This document shows positions 1-14,289 of a DNA stretch of 64,000 bases, piece after piece. The position numbers and the translations under genes are program-made. Source of the DNA: Haplodiscus bocki (taxonomy: Eukaryota). Every line of letters starts with the position of its first letter. Position 1 is the stretch's first letter. Location: the NCBI GenBank assembly GCA_965655095.1, contig OZ296648.1, forward strand, positions 54,002,001 to 54,066,000, written 5' to 3'. The notes under the pieces were generated by a model. The model did no database searches. It worked only from the letters and a program-made list of their open reading frames with translations, and was not told the origin of the DNA.

Positions 1-1045
1 ACCATATTGTCATTATTTTTTTTTCGCTATAGATGATTCTGAAAAATGGAAGAATATATTTAATTTGTTGCAGATGAGCATACATTAAAACGAATCAGGG
101 TTTCATACAAATTAATGTTAAATAGGAGTGTCGTTCCGTTAGCTGGTTATTGCAGTAATTCTAATAGTAGACTGTTTTCGCGAAACCCCCTTTCTCACAA
201 GCAGGTGGTCGTTGAAAGCAAGATTTTAGTGTTCGTATCCACAACGTCGAAAATAAAATTTTGGTCCCACAACGTCGGAAGCTTATCTGTATTAAAACCG
301 ATGCATTCAGCTCCACCAAACAGGCCGTTTCACTTGCTGTGCTGGCCAAATGAGTGATTTCGCTACGACAGAGGATACTCATCTGGCTCCCGTCGAGCTC
401 AAAACAGTTTTGGATGGAAATTGGTCAATTCATTTTTTAAACTATTTACGACGTTGTAGGACATTGACGATTTTAGAAACTACAGCGTTAGAATTCAAAT
501 TGAAGTTTTGAAAGTTTTCTGGCCCCTATAAAGATTATTCATTTGATTGATTGAAATTTTGGTTTAAATTTTAAATTTAATGAATTATGCAAATTAATAG
601 TTGATCGCATTAAAGAGGTAATAACGGATCTTCATCGTGTGAGAGGAAATCTTTCTCGGGTTCCATAACTTTTTCCAAGTTTATAAACAGGCCAATTGCA
701 TGATAAAATTTTTGAAATTTATTAATTGTACCAAATTCGCTCAAGAAGTATAAATTGATACTTTTTCTTCGGAAATGGTTTTTTTTGAAAAAGCTCAAAA
801 ATATACAGTTATTCTTGGGCTTTCTACCAGTTTACGCTTTTGGCTTTGTTAGTTTAACAGGCAGTGTCGACATGAAGGGCTTCGCCGGTAATTTTCAGTT
901 CAAATACCGAACTATAGCTCTAAATAATTTAAGCTATTACTTACCACTAATTTGAACCTGGTAATTGACTTCTAAGATTGAAATGTCTTAGTTGGTAAGC
1001 ATTGCTGTAAATTATGAATACACCTGTGCAAAACATGAATAAAAT

Positions 1046-1159
1046 GGGGTTGAATTGCAATAGGTTGAAAGTGTATTGGGTTGAAATTGCAGTGGGTCCA
1101 ACTTGTACGGGTTGAAAGTGTACGGGTTGAAATTGCTTGAGATGAAACGTTCTGACACC
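1046..1159. repeat. Tandem ~15-bp subterminal repeats ending in a probable transposon terminus (...CTGACACC)
   Basis: Units of GGGTTGAAA(G/T)TG(T/C)A repeated about 6-7 times, ending in CTGACACC. The partner end is not seen in the window. Confidence 0.55.
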
Positions 1160-4100
1160 AAATTACAAACGTCCTATTTCTAAGCGATACAGCATTTCAT
1201 CGCAAAAATTTACCCTTTTATCTCCGCTTATTTTTAAACAGATCTTTCAAAAGCCTATATTTTCTAAGTAATGTTTTCAGCGAATTCAGTGAAGCGGAAA
1301 AAACCCAAAAATTACAATGTTTTTGAGTTTTAGCATCAAGCGCTAAATCCACTATTTTTTTAAAAATATACTCCTCTTTGCATAAATATTTTTTTCAACT
1401 AGCATTGGGTTGAAACTGGAACTCGATTTTAGTACAGTTTGAGATCTCCAGAGATTTTGATTATTGGGCCAGGTTTATAAAGGTTGTATTTTTGTAAAGG
1501 AACGGAACGTCTATCTAATAAAAACAAAATAATCAACAGTCAGAACTTTTCGAGTTTCTGGCAAAAGGTTCTCAGTACCAGTTTTGAAAGTAACGCGAAA
1601 ATTTTTGCCTAAAATCAAAAGTCTTGGATTTTTTCAGTTGTCAGCATTTATCCCAATGTTATAATAACGACTAAATTAAACGTGAAATTGATCATTAACG
1701 TAAAATCCGCTTCCTGATTGACATTACTCACACATTGAAGCTGGAGTTTGAGAACAAGAAGGCACTGAATATGTTTGGTTTTCAAAGTAAATCCTATCGA
1801 ATTTTGCTTTGAATTTTAGGAAAAAGAAATTGATTCTCCTGTTTGTAAAGTATGAAAGAAAACAAAAATATTGGTTTTTTAAGATCCAATTCCCCCTCTG
1901 TTCTAAACAGAATTTCGTCTGACAATTTTTCCTAACCTACTTTTCTACGATATCATTATATCAGAAAACTGCCGTCAATTATTTTATGCTTGATATTTGC
2001 CTGTTTATGAAGCGCTTGACAAAATAGTTCTATCTGCAATCATTTCACCTGTTATTATTTTTTCTGTTAATTTTAAAAGCATACTCATTTCAAAAGAAGG
2101 ATTCCTCTACAAATAAACCTTTAACAATCTTTCTTCCGCAATGATCGCGTCAACGAATTAGAAGTTTAGAGTGACATTTAAAACTTTGATTTACTGGAAA
2201 TACTGCATTTCTGCAAAACTTACCGATTTACCATTCTTTGGCGACTTTTTGTTGTCTCCTCGTGCATTCTATGGAACAATCCTAGTTTGGAGCACGCTTT
2301 AGAATCTCGGCAAATAATGTTTATATTGTCTATGTATACATTAGTTGTATAAAGTTTTTGTTGTAAATGTTGTTTTGCATCATCTAAGAGGCATAAAACA
2401 TCGCGAAGAAGCTGAGAGTCGTCGTCCATCGTTTTGGTTGCTGCAGAGCTCCAAAATGCTTCAAATATAAAAACTGTTTAAAATAGGACTTTTTATCACA
2501 TGCTAATTTTTAGTTGCGGTCTCACAATTTTCCGATCCATTTTTTCTGCGAATTATCTAAAAAAGTCGAGCTTTTTGGGTATTTCGAAGACTTTTGGGAC
2601 TTTCAAATCTTTTTTTGGTACGTAGTTGTTCAAGTTACTCTAATTTTAAAAAATCCAAACAGGAAAGCTCAAATCCGTCAGATTTAGCAGCGGTGACGAA
2701 GGTTTTCGATAGATTTTTTTGCGAAACGATCTAGAAAACCCAGTTTTTCCAACGTTTTCTGTAAAACTTTGGTCTCTCGTACTGAAATCAAGTCCGAGAA
2801 AAAAACCACTCTGTTCGCCTTGGCATCAGAAACAGTCAAAGATTGTTAATCTTGTACTTTTTAGTTGCTGCCAGAAAGTTTTTCGTCGGGATTTTACAGG
2901 AAAGAGTCTTAGTCGTCCATTTTTAGTTATCCAAAAAGGTATCTCAATTTGAAGTCTTTTATCTTGGCACCTTGGTCTTCAACTTACTTGAGTTTTGTAT
3001 AGCTTCAATAAATGACTCCCAGTTATGAGTCGGTAGTTTTTCGTTCCGGTGTCAAAATTTCTCGATAGGTTTTTTCTGCGCAAATTTTCAAAAATCGACT
3101 CTTTTTGAATTATTTTTTGTCAATCTGAATTCTTTTATACTGGAAATATTTCCTGAGCGAATTCATTTTTTACACAGACCCAAAGGAAAATCTTAGTCGA
3201 GTATTTCTTACGGACTGGTTGTGATGAGAGAACAGAAAATTTTAAATAGGTTTTTAAAGGAAATGAATTTCAAATTTGAGCTATATTCAGATATTTTGAT
3301 ATTTTCGTCATTTTTGGTACATTGTCTTGACGGAGAGGCCCGAAAATCCTCCTGAATTTTTTTTTGGCATAACAAAATTTTTTTGTATTTTTTAGCTTTT
3401 TTCAGGTGTAAATCAGAGAGTTTTTTGTCAGGTTTTTTTGGCAAAAGTTCAATATCATGCTCTCGGGGGATTGATGTTCGACCGAATTAACCAGAAAAAT
3501 TCATAACACAATTGGATTTGAATATTGAAGTGAAAAAATGGAGAAAAGTGCCTGAATATGGGGGTCCAATAAAAACCTTTAATCTTATCGAAAATTCAAG
3601 AAACTTTTGCTCCGATTACTTCCTTGAAAATCTTTCATTTTAAAAGATTTTGGGCTGCAGAAACGGTAATTTTTGCTAAGGAGTTCACTTAATTGATATC
3701 AATAATGTATTTCTTGGTATAAATTTTAGGTGAAGGTTACTATTTCGATTTGAAATAACTGATGAAGTAAAAAAGCTCATGCGAGGGAATTAATTCTGAT
3801 CCCTACTAAACACTGCAAAACAAAGGTGTCTAATTTGGCTTTTTGACTACTTCAATGTTGAAATACTTACCTTTCCTTTTCATATTAAGAAGAAGTCAAC
3901 ATTAGCTTTACTATTATCTCACTCTGCCGATTGAGGATTGCAGAAAGAATTATTTCAGCTTTTCAAACAGGCATTTGTTTACTAAGTAACCCCCTAGCAG
4001 GTGTGCTTGTTTACTCTGCCCCCATGGGAGGAAACATTCGAGATCTATGTCCAGTTCAAGGCAAATCCCACCCTTGATACAGCAGGTAATCGTTAAGCGC

Positions 4101-5980
4101 CCCCAGCCAAAAAAATTACACCTATTGATCGGTTGCTGCAGCCGAAGTGATCATATCGAAAAGGATGAAAAGATGCAGTTTCACGATTCTTCGAACACAT
4201 TTCGGAATCCCAACTTTAGAAACTTTTAGGATGATCGAAAATTGTATAATGAATGATCAACAAGTCCAGAAATTTTCAATCCCAAAATTAATTGTAATTT
4301 GTGCAAATTCATCGTTACCAATTCTAAAACCTTAATGCCGATTGTTTTTGTCAATATAAAACTCTTGTTGATGTAAAGGTTGAGAAGAACCAGAGTTCTC
4401 GTATAATTAAGATTTAGAAATGCGGTGGTAAAAGTTTCACGTTTCTAGTTTGCTTTTTTTGGTGTCATTTGTGCATTTTAACTTATCCGCTCATCGAACG
4501 GTTGATTGTGTAGTGCAAAACTGCATGAAGACATGAAAAATCCCCGGATCGTGATATGGGCACCCTCAGACGCTTTTTGATTTACTTTCTGTGAAGAAAA
4601 TTTTGTCTGGAATGATGCATTGTTTGAAAATGCAGAAGCACACTTCATTCTGATCTTCAGTCACTTTTGCCATCCCCTGAGAAGACACTACATCGCACAC
4701 CTGTTTTTATGCACACAAAAATACAACAATTTCATTTTAAATTCAATTCCATCTAATGAATTTTTTATCAATTGCTGTTTTGCCATGTTGGACTTTTGTC
4801 TGCGCTAACAACAACTGTCTCTTCTGGCGTTGCCGTAGAAAGGAAAAAATTTAAAAAATGCATAAATGCAAACTTTTTTGATTGATAGATTGTATAGAAA
4901 AGAATTTCAGAACAAATAAAGCTGCGATAACAGATTCATTACAAACCAACCTTTTTTGATGGGGTGGTTCAACAAAGAGTTTTTTGATAATTCAATTTGA
5001 AAACTATCAAAAAGGCTCTGTCGATGAAATTTTGTCGGCTCACAGACATCAAACAGGTTTTCAGTTTTAATGATCAATCGTTTTGTTGGTACATTAAATT
5101 ATTCGTCTTTCAAAAGCTTTAGTAAGTCTATTTGATCGAATCTTATTAGTACTAGAATACAATGAACAATTCAAGAGCATTCTAATCGTTTTTTTTTAAT
5201 TGAGCAGTAAATTCTTTTGAAAACTATCGGAGATTGATTGTGACTTTTCAGAAAATTTTGCCTCGAAAGTCAAAAAGAGTTTAATTAACAAAATTATTGT
5301 TTGAGCAGATAATATATATTTTTTTGTTTATAACGGAAAATTAAATCTAGTTTTTATTCCAATATTGTGGCGTGAAAGTAAAAGTAAGTTGAAACAAGTC
5401 TGGAACGGACGAAGACATCGTTGCCCGTACGGCTCAACATATGCGAGGGGGGTATCACGAAAATTTTTGGTACCTGGTTTTGGATAAAAATTGTATTGTG
5501 AATTTTGGGTTTGGGCTTCAGGATTATTTTTTTGGGGTTTTTGTACTCTTGTACGTAATGTATGTTACGTTTCCAGGCTTCGAATTCTCCGTTCCAGGAC
5601 GGCCGAAGGCTTAAGACCCCATTAGTCAACTGTTAATATTTTGTAGAATTTCGTCGATTTCAAGGTCTTAAAAAGAAAGATATTAAAAGCCACTATAGTA
5701 GTCGGGCACTTTTTCTTCGAAAAGTCGCGACTAAAAACAAAGTTGCAGCCTGACAAAATAATGAACAATAAAGCAGGAAATGATCATTATACATCTTGGG
5801 AGCTAAAAATTTGAATGGAACCTTAACTTGTGCTTTTCGGAAAGCAGAATAATAGTGAATAATATTCCTTCTGAAAGATTTCAATTGAGAAAGAAAAACA
5901 TTTAAATTTTAGATTTTACTGCTCAAACCCATTGATCAAGATCGCCCTTGAAACATCAGGATCACAGTTGAATGGGAATC

Positions 5981-6983
5981 GGTGGTAGGACAAAATAAGC
6001 AAACCCAATTTACCCAAGCCCAAAATACCCAAAGAGTCTCAATACTCAAGTTATGCTATAACAAATTATTATACCATACTAATAAAATAAGTAACAGCGT
6101 CTGAACGCCAAAAGTTTCAAGACGCTTATAATTACTTTATTTTAAAGGTCTTTAAAAAATTTGGTAGTGTCAGATCAAAATACTACAAGTGAAAGTACTC
6201 ATAGAAAAATGCTTTTTTAGAGAAACATAATTGTGCGCAAAAAAAGTTGGTTACACCAGGGGGTGTTACGAGTTTGTCTATTAGTGTCGAAAAATTTTGA
6301 AAAACACTGTTCAAATTTGTTTCTTTTTAGAGGAATGGAGAATTTCATTTCCAAAATTCTGTAATACTCCAAGAAATTTTTTTCTGAAACTTTAGTTTTG
6401 GAAATTTTGGGGTTAATAATTTTCATAAATAATTTTTTGTTCGTGGCCGTCCCAATTTCTGATTTTTGCTATTTACAAAAACCAGTTTGAAGAATTTTTC
6501 TGAGCCACCCCCCCCCCCCCCCCAAGGTCTTTGTGAGGCAAAATTGTAATAATCCCATTTGATAAACACTTTTTGCACCAGACCGGTGAAAAAGCGCCGA
6601 GTTTCAGCTTTGCTTGTTTTAATCACACTTATCTGTCTTTTCCTGAATAAGTGCTCCAGAATCTTCTTTTTGCCATGAATTCTAGAGCAAGTTTTCGAAA
6701 TTTTGCTAACGTTTTTTTCCAAAATATGGTGGTTTTTCAAAGTAGGTACCAAATGTTTTAGTAAAAAAATGCGGTGTTTTTAAAATGGCATATTACGTTT
6801 CATCGATAGGAGTAATATTATTTAACATCTTAATTACGATATCATTTAAGTATTTGTGCAAGCGCGGTTAAATATTTATTTGAGCAATTGTTTTAATCTT
6901 GGGCATTTTGGATTTTGGTTATTTTAGAACTTTGGGTATTGCGGGTTTGGTTATTTTGGGTGTGGGTATTTTGGAGTGGAACC
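5981..6983. mobile_element. Non-autonomous Mutator/foldback-like DNA transposon with a 9-bp TSD
   Basis: GGT...ACC termini; inverted subterminal arrays (CCCAAAATA-type on the left, TATTTTGGG-type on the right); exact 9-bp direct repeat ATGGGAATC at 5972-5980 and 6984-6992. Confidence 0.85.
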
Positions 6984-7151
6984 ATGGGAATCGTCTGAAT
7001 AGTTCGAGACCATTCTGCAACTTGACTTGTCCTAAAGTTCGGATAATGAAGAGTTCTGCAATGAGACAAGCTACAGTATGGTTTTACTACAACATTTGGT
7101 AAAAAAGAATGACCGAAGGACCAAATAATTTCAGCATGAGTGTACAGTTTA

Positions 7152-7304
7152 CAGCTTGTCTCCGGAATTGTTGAGTCAAAAATTCGATTTATATTGTCCA
7201 CTTTGGCGCACAGGAAAGACCTTCTGCAGAAAGAAAAGTCCCCTGAGCGCCAAAGTGGACAATAAAACTCGAATTTTTGATTCAACTTTTCCGGAGACAA
7301 GCTG
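7152..7304. mobile_element. Palindromic Tc1/mariner-like MITE
   Basis: TA|CAGCTTGTCTCCGGAA ... TTCCGGAGACAAGCTG|TA. The arms pair over about 65 bp (includes ATTGTCCACTTTGGCGC / GCGCCAAAGTGGACAAT); TA target duplication. Confidence 0.9.
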
Positions 7305-9941
7305 TACACATTGTGTATTCGTGCTGAACTTAGGTGGTCTTTCAAGTAGGCAAGCTTCTGTTAGCGACCTAAACTTGTATCACATCGCTCACAGAAGCTG
7401 GCTTGCTTGAATTATTAAAGAAATTTTACGATTTGACTGTACGAAGGATTATTTTCTGCACTGTCGAAAAAAACCGATGCAGATTGATCAGTACTGAAAT
7501 TAGAATAACTATCCGAGGCTTACAATTGGCAGTGTACAATTCTGTTCCATTGATTGCAAAATTTATTGCAATTGCGAGTAAAATAATTTCAGAGGAGCAA
7601 TTGAATATTCAATAGTCATAACTCGAGTCACCTCTTGAATTTTTCATCTTTTTTGTTGTTTTATGAGAATTCCGCTCTGGAAATTGCTCAAAGTTACATC
7701 TCATATTTGCGTCAGGTCGCTTTTTGACTCCAAGTTCAACCATATTAATGTTTGAAATGATTGCCGCATCGGGTGTACATATGCTTTTAGTGGTTTCAAG
7801 TCGCTTTCTTGTGATTGCTAAAAATTTGCCTTTTTGCCCATGCGTCAGTGACTGAGTCATTGATTCACTCGTGCCTCATTATGTCATTTTGAAAAAAATA
7901 GTTTAGCCACAATGAACCAAATCACTTTATTTTATTTGTTTTCAGTGAAGAAATTCCGCTAATTCGTTGAAGGCAGTTAACCGGGAAGATGTTTTTGAGG
8001 TAAATTGATACATGCTGGAATATCATATGACCGGTCCAGTAATTACAAAACTATGAGAAATTCCATACGTGCTTCTATTTTCATATCAACCGATCGTTAC
8101 GAAATTTTAATCAGCAACTAATTTTTTGCAGAAAGAAGAAATTGGTTTGGCATTACTGTTATCTTTCAATTGTATTTTTTTTCAAGCAGAAAAAAACAAG
8201 TTTCCTGTGTTCGGAAAGAATCGAATAAGCGATAAAAATCTAGAATGTTTAACCATTCATGAAATGCAAATTAACTAATTTATGGCATTTTATCTAAAAA
8301 AATAAGATCGATTCTTGAACAACGTCATTAATCTTTCTGTCTTTTTTCCACTGAATTCAAAACCTCCGATGGCTCGCTGCTTTTTATGCTCTTTACGAAT
8401 CAAGCATTGATGATCTTACTTTAAAAACGTTCAGTTTTCAATTATGCGTAAAAATTAGTGAAGCGGAATGAAATGCTTTTTTCAAGAGTGTTTCTTCTCA
8501 TCTTTAGATCTGTTGTTTTTTGCAGATAACTTTCGGGAATAAAAAGATTTTTATCGATGGATTTTTTTTCAGAAACTGACAACTTTTTTGGAGTCAGAAC
8601 CTTGAGCTGATAGAAAAAGAATTCAATTGATTCTGGCAAAAAAATAATGGACGTCAGTAGATAATGCGGTCATGTTGTTATGTAATGAGAAGTTTTGTAG
8701 AAGTTGTAAACTAATTATCTAATGCATTGAATTCCCAATTTGCCGGACTCATTGGCAAGATAATATTTTGATACAATAGGACAATTTATTATTCTGTTTT
8801 TGATTCCCCCTCCATGAAAATACACAGGCCGGTGGGTGCAAGGCCTTCAGGTAGATAAAAAGACAATTCAATTTGAGCATTGCCCCAAGCATGAACGAGC
8901 AATAATGATGCTGCCTACATAGGCCAAGTGTAAGGGTATACAGGTACGCAACCAAGCACGCAAGTGCGGTCCATGGTCGGTCGCTGTGTTTCTACCTCCA
9001 GCAAGAGTTTCAAGTGGCGCGATAGCAGGTATGTACCTGCCTGCCTGGGTACCCTCTTGGAATACGTATAGCCCTAGAGCAACAGAGGGGCTTGGTTGAC
9101 TTGGCCGCATAGAATGCGTCGCCTGTTCGTTACCTACACCAGCTAAAGACAAAATTTCATTGAATTCATCAAATTTTGATCACACTCTTCGATTGAGTAT
9201 TGTGACAGTAAATTAGATTTAAGCACCCCAAAGAAACTAATTTCACTTTCTGCACTTGCTGTAGGTTCCCCCAATAGAGAATTATGTCCCAAATTGGCAG
9301 AGCTTGGCCTTAAATCAACTCCCGTGTACCATTTCTATTTTCACTTGTGGATATTTTAAGTGCTAAAATTTTTTCACCATTTCATTTCACAATGAAAGAG
9401 GGACATTATGACGTGATAATCTAGAGAGCTGGCATTTGGAAAGCTTTACTCAATGTAAGTCACATAAAATTGAGATGCTAATAACAGAATAGCCATAAAT
9501 TGACACTCATTAAGCAATGCTAAGAATCCGTTCTCTTTTTGTGTTCAGTTTTACAAAATTGAAAATGCACAAAGCCGGCTAAACTTCCAAGGATCATCGT
9601 GCGAAAGTGAATTTAAGGAAGATATTCGAAGAAAGATTATGAAAATCTTGTTTAGCAAGAAGCACAGGCACACTGTGGTATTTTAGTCCTTAATTGGGTG
9701 TTCAGAGGCCATCAATCATGAAAACAAAAACGTCATGGAGTTTCTAGAGAAGGCAAACTTGGCTGCTTCCTTTTCGTGACTTGTGCAAAGTTAGAAAAAA
9801 ATAGGAATTTTGAGACTTTTTCCGACCATGCAAGCCATGAAAGTTGTTGAAAGTATTGATTTTCACATGTAAAACAATTAACAGTTATCAAAAATGGATA
9901 AGGTTGCATTTCAAACTCGTCCCCCCCCCATATTTCACAAA

Positions 9942-10020
9942 AGAAGAAAAATCATTCATCCAACATTCAGGTTTTTTTAGAAGAAAAATCATTCATCCAA
10001 CATTCAGGTTTTTTTTAGAA
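9942..10020. repeat. 37-bp tandem duplication
   Basis: AGAAGAAAAATCATTCATCCAACATTCAGGTTTTTTT occurs twice, starting at 9942 and 9979. Confidence 0.9.
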
Positions 10021-11207
10021 TAAAATTTCATAACTGCATGATAGGCAAAAGTTCACGCTAAAAATTTTCACCAATTTTTTTCAAATTTGTTGTAGAACTC
10101 GTCTACTATAGTAGCATTTCTCAAAAAAAATTCCAAAATTTAGGGTTTTTTGAAAGAAAAATTGACAAAGATGAAATCATTTGTTTTAGTTCTAAGGTTA
10201 ATTTTTTCTGCATTTTGCAGTCTCGTTACGCTTTCTACAACGTTTTTTCCCTGAATTGGGAGACAGAATATCCCGGAATTTGCCGAGCGTCTTGTGAACT
10301 ATTCTCTCGGGGTGTTTCAAATTTCAGATAGAAAAACGCGTTGACATTCGAGAACTATTTGCTGTGATAACTTTTTCTATCAACTTCTGGTTTGTTTGTA
10401 AAACTGATATGTAGGTGCAAAAATAATTTTTCAACTACTGGAGCTCCGGTCTTTTAGAATATCACAATACCTCATTTGAAGTCTTGTAGACTCGCAGTTT
10501 TCCAAATTCAAAGCTTTTCTTCGGTGTGAATAGAAATCTCCAGTGGCGAACAAACAGGTAGCCGTGCTGAAGTACTTCTTGTAGATAGTGGAGTCTTCTT
10601 TTGATCAATCAAGTGAATATGTTAGGATTATTTTCTCTTTAATTGCTGGAGAAAGATGCTAATGAATGCGGATGAGACTAATGATTAGTTTGTGAAATGT
10701 CTTCCAGGGTTTGACTTTTGATGCCAAGCTTGATACCTGTTCATCCTTCCTTTCAAAGTAGCAATTACTCTAATTAGATCCTTACTCATCTTTCCCTTTC
10801 ATTGTTACATTTCAAAAAATTAGACTGCATTCGATAGGAGGACGAAACTTTCAACTATATCAAGTCTGGCTAGTTACGACAGCATTGAAATATAGTTTTG
10901 TCTTTCGGGCGGGTAAATGGTAGCTCAGTGAACCATCCTGGTTAATCCCTCTTTCTCAATCAATTTTGTCCACGCCTTCTAATAATATTTCTATACCTTC
11001 TAAACTATTTCTTGCGTACAACATAATATTGATAAAAATAGAAAAAAATTTTCCAGATGTTAAAAATGAAGACTTCCAGTGCAAGAAGTTATCCAAATTC
11101 CAAAAACGGGATTTACCAAAAATGAGGCTTTTCAATCAATTAATCAGTGGGACTTTAAATTTTTTTCTGCGAATTTTTCATGCAGTGAATGTACAAAGAT
11201 CTTATGT

Positions 11208-11605
11208 GACAGGACCGCCGGTCACCACTGGCCTCCAACTTTGTTAAAGATGCTTTTTAGAAGAACGAAAGCGTTTTTTTTTTCGAAATATGTTTTCTTC
11301 AGCAAATTTTGATGGTTTTTCCAACTTTTAGAATTTTCCAAATTTTACCATATTGTACGCATTCTATAGCGTTTTTGCCACCGTTTCGCGATTTTGAAAA
11401 AAAAATTAAAAAAACCCAAATTGCTTATGTATTTGAGAAATTTTTCTATTTCAGTCGCATTCTACGGTAAATTTGCTATAATTTGCTGATTGAAAATTTT
11501 CAAATTTAGAATAGGACATTCGGACATTTTCAATTGGTATGTAAACGTTAAAAAAACGTTCGCGTTGAGTGGATGATTTTCTTCCATATTATAAATAGCA
11601 AAGTA
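11208..11605 (-). mobile_element. Helentron/HINE-like non-autonomous element, family A (diverged copy)
   Basis: Shares the hairpin end (CCGCCGGTCACCACTGGC) and the block CAATTGGTATGTAAACGT...TTGAGTGGATGATTTTCTTCCA with the copies at 22417, 29617, 31097 and 33147. Confidence 0.7.
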
Positions 11606-12507
11606 TAAAAAGTAATAACTGGTTAAAAGGCTAACTCATTTGTGAACGGCAGGCATTCTGATTATATTGATAGACTGAATAACAGACACTTATTGTCTGA
11701 AATGCGTATTGCTAAATACAATTATTTATTCCATTTTATACCTGGACTTCAGCGATATACTTTTGTGAAAAAAACTCCCCAAAAATGTATGCATTTTTCT
11801 GAAAATCCATTTTAGCGTGTATCTCAGTAAAAATAGAAATGAAATTAACATAATCTGTCAGATATAATCAATATCACATCCAGCATTTTCCACTCAGTAG
11901 TTTAAATTTTATCTACAAAATTTTCCCGCTGATATTTTAAGAGGTGCCCTACCGTTCATTTTACGTCCTTTTTGATCCCGTGCATTTCGACATTGCAATG
12001 CTGCGACATATTTCAGTAACTCGCACGGCAGAATGGTCGAGTAAATTTTCCTAAAAACGTGAAAAAATAAATTGCGGTGCTTGATTTATGTGCTGAACAT
12101 GACTTGGAAAGTGCTGAAAGTGAACTTTGAAGTAGGCAAAAGTGATAATAGTAATGAGATATTTCGCAATTTTCCCCATGAAGCATATCAGACGTGATAA
12201 AAGCTCCGTAATTTTCTATTTCACTAGAATCTTTGGCGCCAATATTTTGCCCGAGTTGCTGTTTTGTGAGGTAACTTGTCCTAAAGTTATCTCCGGCAAA
12301 ATGAATAGTTTATATAATTTCAAGACTTCTTTCTGGCCTCATCGGATAAAAAAATCCATCATATTAACTTTTTGCATTGAAAATTTATAGCAATATTTTC
12401 ATTACTCATCTATAACCAAGTGATATTACTTGTAGAACAAGTGATTAACTCGGTGGTTTCAGCTGTTAAAAATTCTAAACTTTTGATGAAATGAAAAAAA
12501 ATGATTG

Positions 12508-12721
12508 GGATCTTTCTGTAACCCCCCCCCCCTCCACCAGTAGTAACGAAATTTTTAACTACCCCCTCCCCCCGCCGCGGAAACGAACTCTTTCTCTTTC
12601 TGATTGGCTAAAATTCACTCGCGCGTGAGTTAAAACATTACACCGCTTATTATTTCGCATATTCATTATGGTGTGGGGGTTAAATCAGTGGGGAGGGAGA
12701 GGGAGTTAACAGAAAATATCC
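12508..12721. mobile_element. MITE with GG...CC TIRs and an 8-bp TSD (Merlin-like)
   Basis: GGATCTTTCTGTAAC...GTTAACAGAAAATATCC; flanks AATGATTG / AAAGATTG (7 of 8 match); internal sequence is the reverse complement of 23413-23626. Confidence 0.85.
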
Positions 12722-13881
12722 AAAGATTGTACTGAAAAGTGTATCGTAGGAGCGGTCTCAGTATTTGCAATAGTAGCTATTGAGAACTGTTTTTCTAAGA
12801 GCCACTCGAATATTATGGAAAATTATTGTTTTCTTGAGTTTCTTTTTGAAGTACAAAACAATTGTGAAACTTGTAATGACAAAGTACCATCGAAACTTAT
12901 GCATTACTACACTTGAGGTCTGTTCAATTATCTGAAGCCTTTTTTAAAAGCCAAGGTTATCTTTAATCAATTTTGGAACTTTTTTCTTCCAAGGATAAAG
13001 AAAAAAAACGTTGCAGCTGTAAAAGCTAACCGTTGATTTTCATCGGAAGATCAATTATTTTCCAGTTTTCAGTACGAAAAAAACATTGCGCGCGGCTTGA
13101 ATGACAGCCCAAAACTGTAGCTGTAGATATTTTCTATGAATTGTTGTTATCGAAAATTCGATTCTGATGTTTTCCAATGTTCCGATGTCTTGCCTCTCTT
13201 CACTTAACATCGCATGGTTTAATTATTCATCACAAATTGTTTGATTATTGGACTTCAATGATTTCTCATTGCATTTAATAAAATTGAGCGAGTTGTAAAA
13301 CAAGGCAACCAATAATGTGCTGAACACATGTTTTAGCCGGTTTGTGACAAAATTGAAGCTACAAAATTTATTAAAAACATGATTCAGAGAATAAATATAA
13401 TTTATTTGATGTTTGTAGTTATTTTAAGCCTGGATGAAAGTATGAAAGGTTCCACGTCGTTTTCCATCCAAAACATCCTTGAAGCATCGCCACGTCAATG
13501 TTGGTGACGGTAAAGAAACCCTCAACTTGCTTATCCTTTTGTTTTTGGGGGGAGGGGTGCTTATTACTTGTATTGGTTCATTCGACATCTTGTGCTACCA
13601 TTTGTCAGAAATTCTCCTGGATCTGATTCTGCAGTCATAAATGGATAATGCCTGGAAACTTGGAGTTGTTTCAAATGGGAATGCAGTCCGTGCAAAATTA
13701 ATTGTTCAACATAGCAAGAATGATGTGAAGAAAAACAAAAAAGTCATTAAAAATGGTTCTTGGCTCAATACTGAGAGATAGATCCACTTCCACAACTTAT
13801 ACCAGTATATTATAATATGATATAAAATAGGAGACGCGATATTTTCCATCGATGAGGCACAGAGCGGAGTGATCAATAACA

Positions 13882-13976
13882 CATCAGATAATTTTGACTA
13901 AGAGACCCAGTACTTTGGACGGAACGCGACTTCAAAAGGAAGAAAAACAGGAATTGCAGTTTTTGGCCGTTTCCGG
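13882..13976 (+). repeat. Dispersed repeat fragment; second copy at about 62157-62250 (-)
   Basis: CATCAGATAATTTTG...GACCCAGTACTTTGGA.GGAACGCG.CTTCAAA...GAATTGCAGTT.TTGGCC is present at both loci. Confidence 0.8.
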
Positions 13977-14073
13977 ATCTCACGCTTCTAACTTAATTTT
14001 TTTCAAGGAGATACCTTTACAAACAATTGTCCATAAAGACCTCGATGAAAAAATTCAGCCGTAATTTAATGTA

Positions 14074-14256
14074 CAGCCGAACCTGATTTAGTGGCCTTGT
14101 TAGCAGAATGGTCACCTTAATCTGACGGCTACCAATTATTTAAACGTAATAGGCAATTTGTAATGTCTAACAGACAGCCTGCACAGAATGGTCACCTTTT
14201 CAAAACGGTCAATTTTTGGTAGTCCCATGGGTGACCGTAATAGACAGATTTAACTG
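14074..14256. mobile_element. pogo/Tc1-like MITE
   Basis: TA|CAGCCGAACCTG...CAGATTTAACTG|TA imperfect TIRs; internal repeated CAGAATGGTCACCTT and an inverted GGTGACC. Confidence 0.65.
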
Positions 14257-14289
14257 TAATAGTATTAATTTGTTCTCCTTTTGTTTCAG

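Noticed and set aside
9425-9454. Mini-exon RAGIWKALLN as Eph exon 2
   Set aside because: Weak acceptor and phase-0 start; 14290-14372 fits the expected phases and splice signals better.
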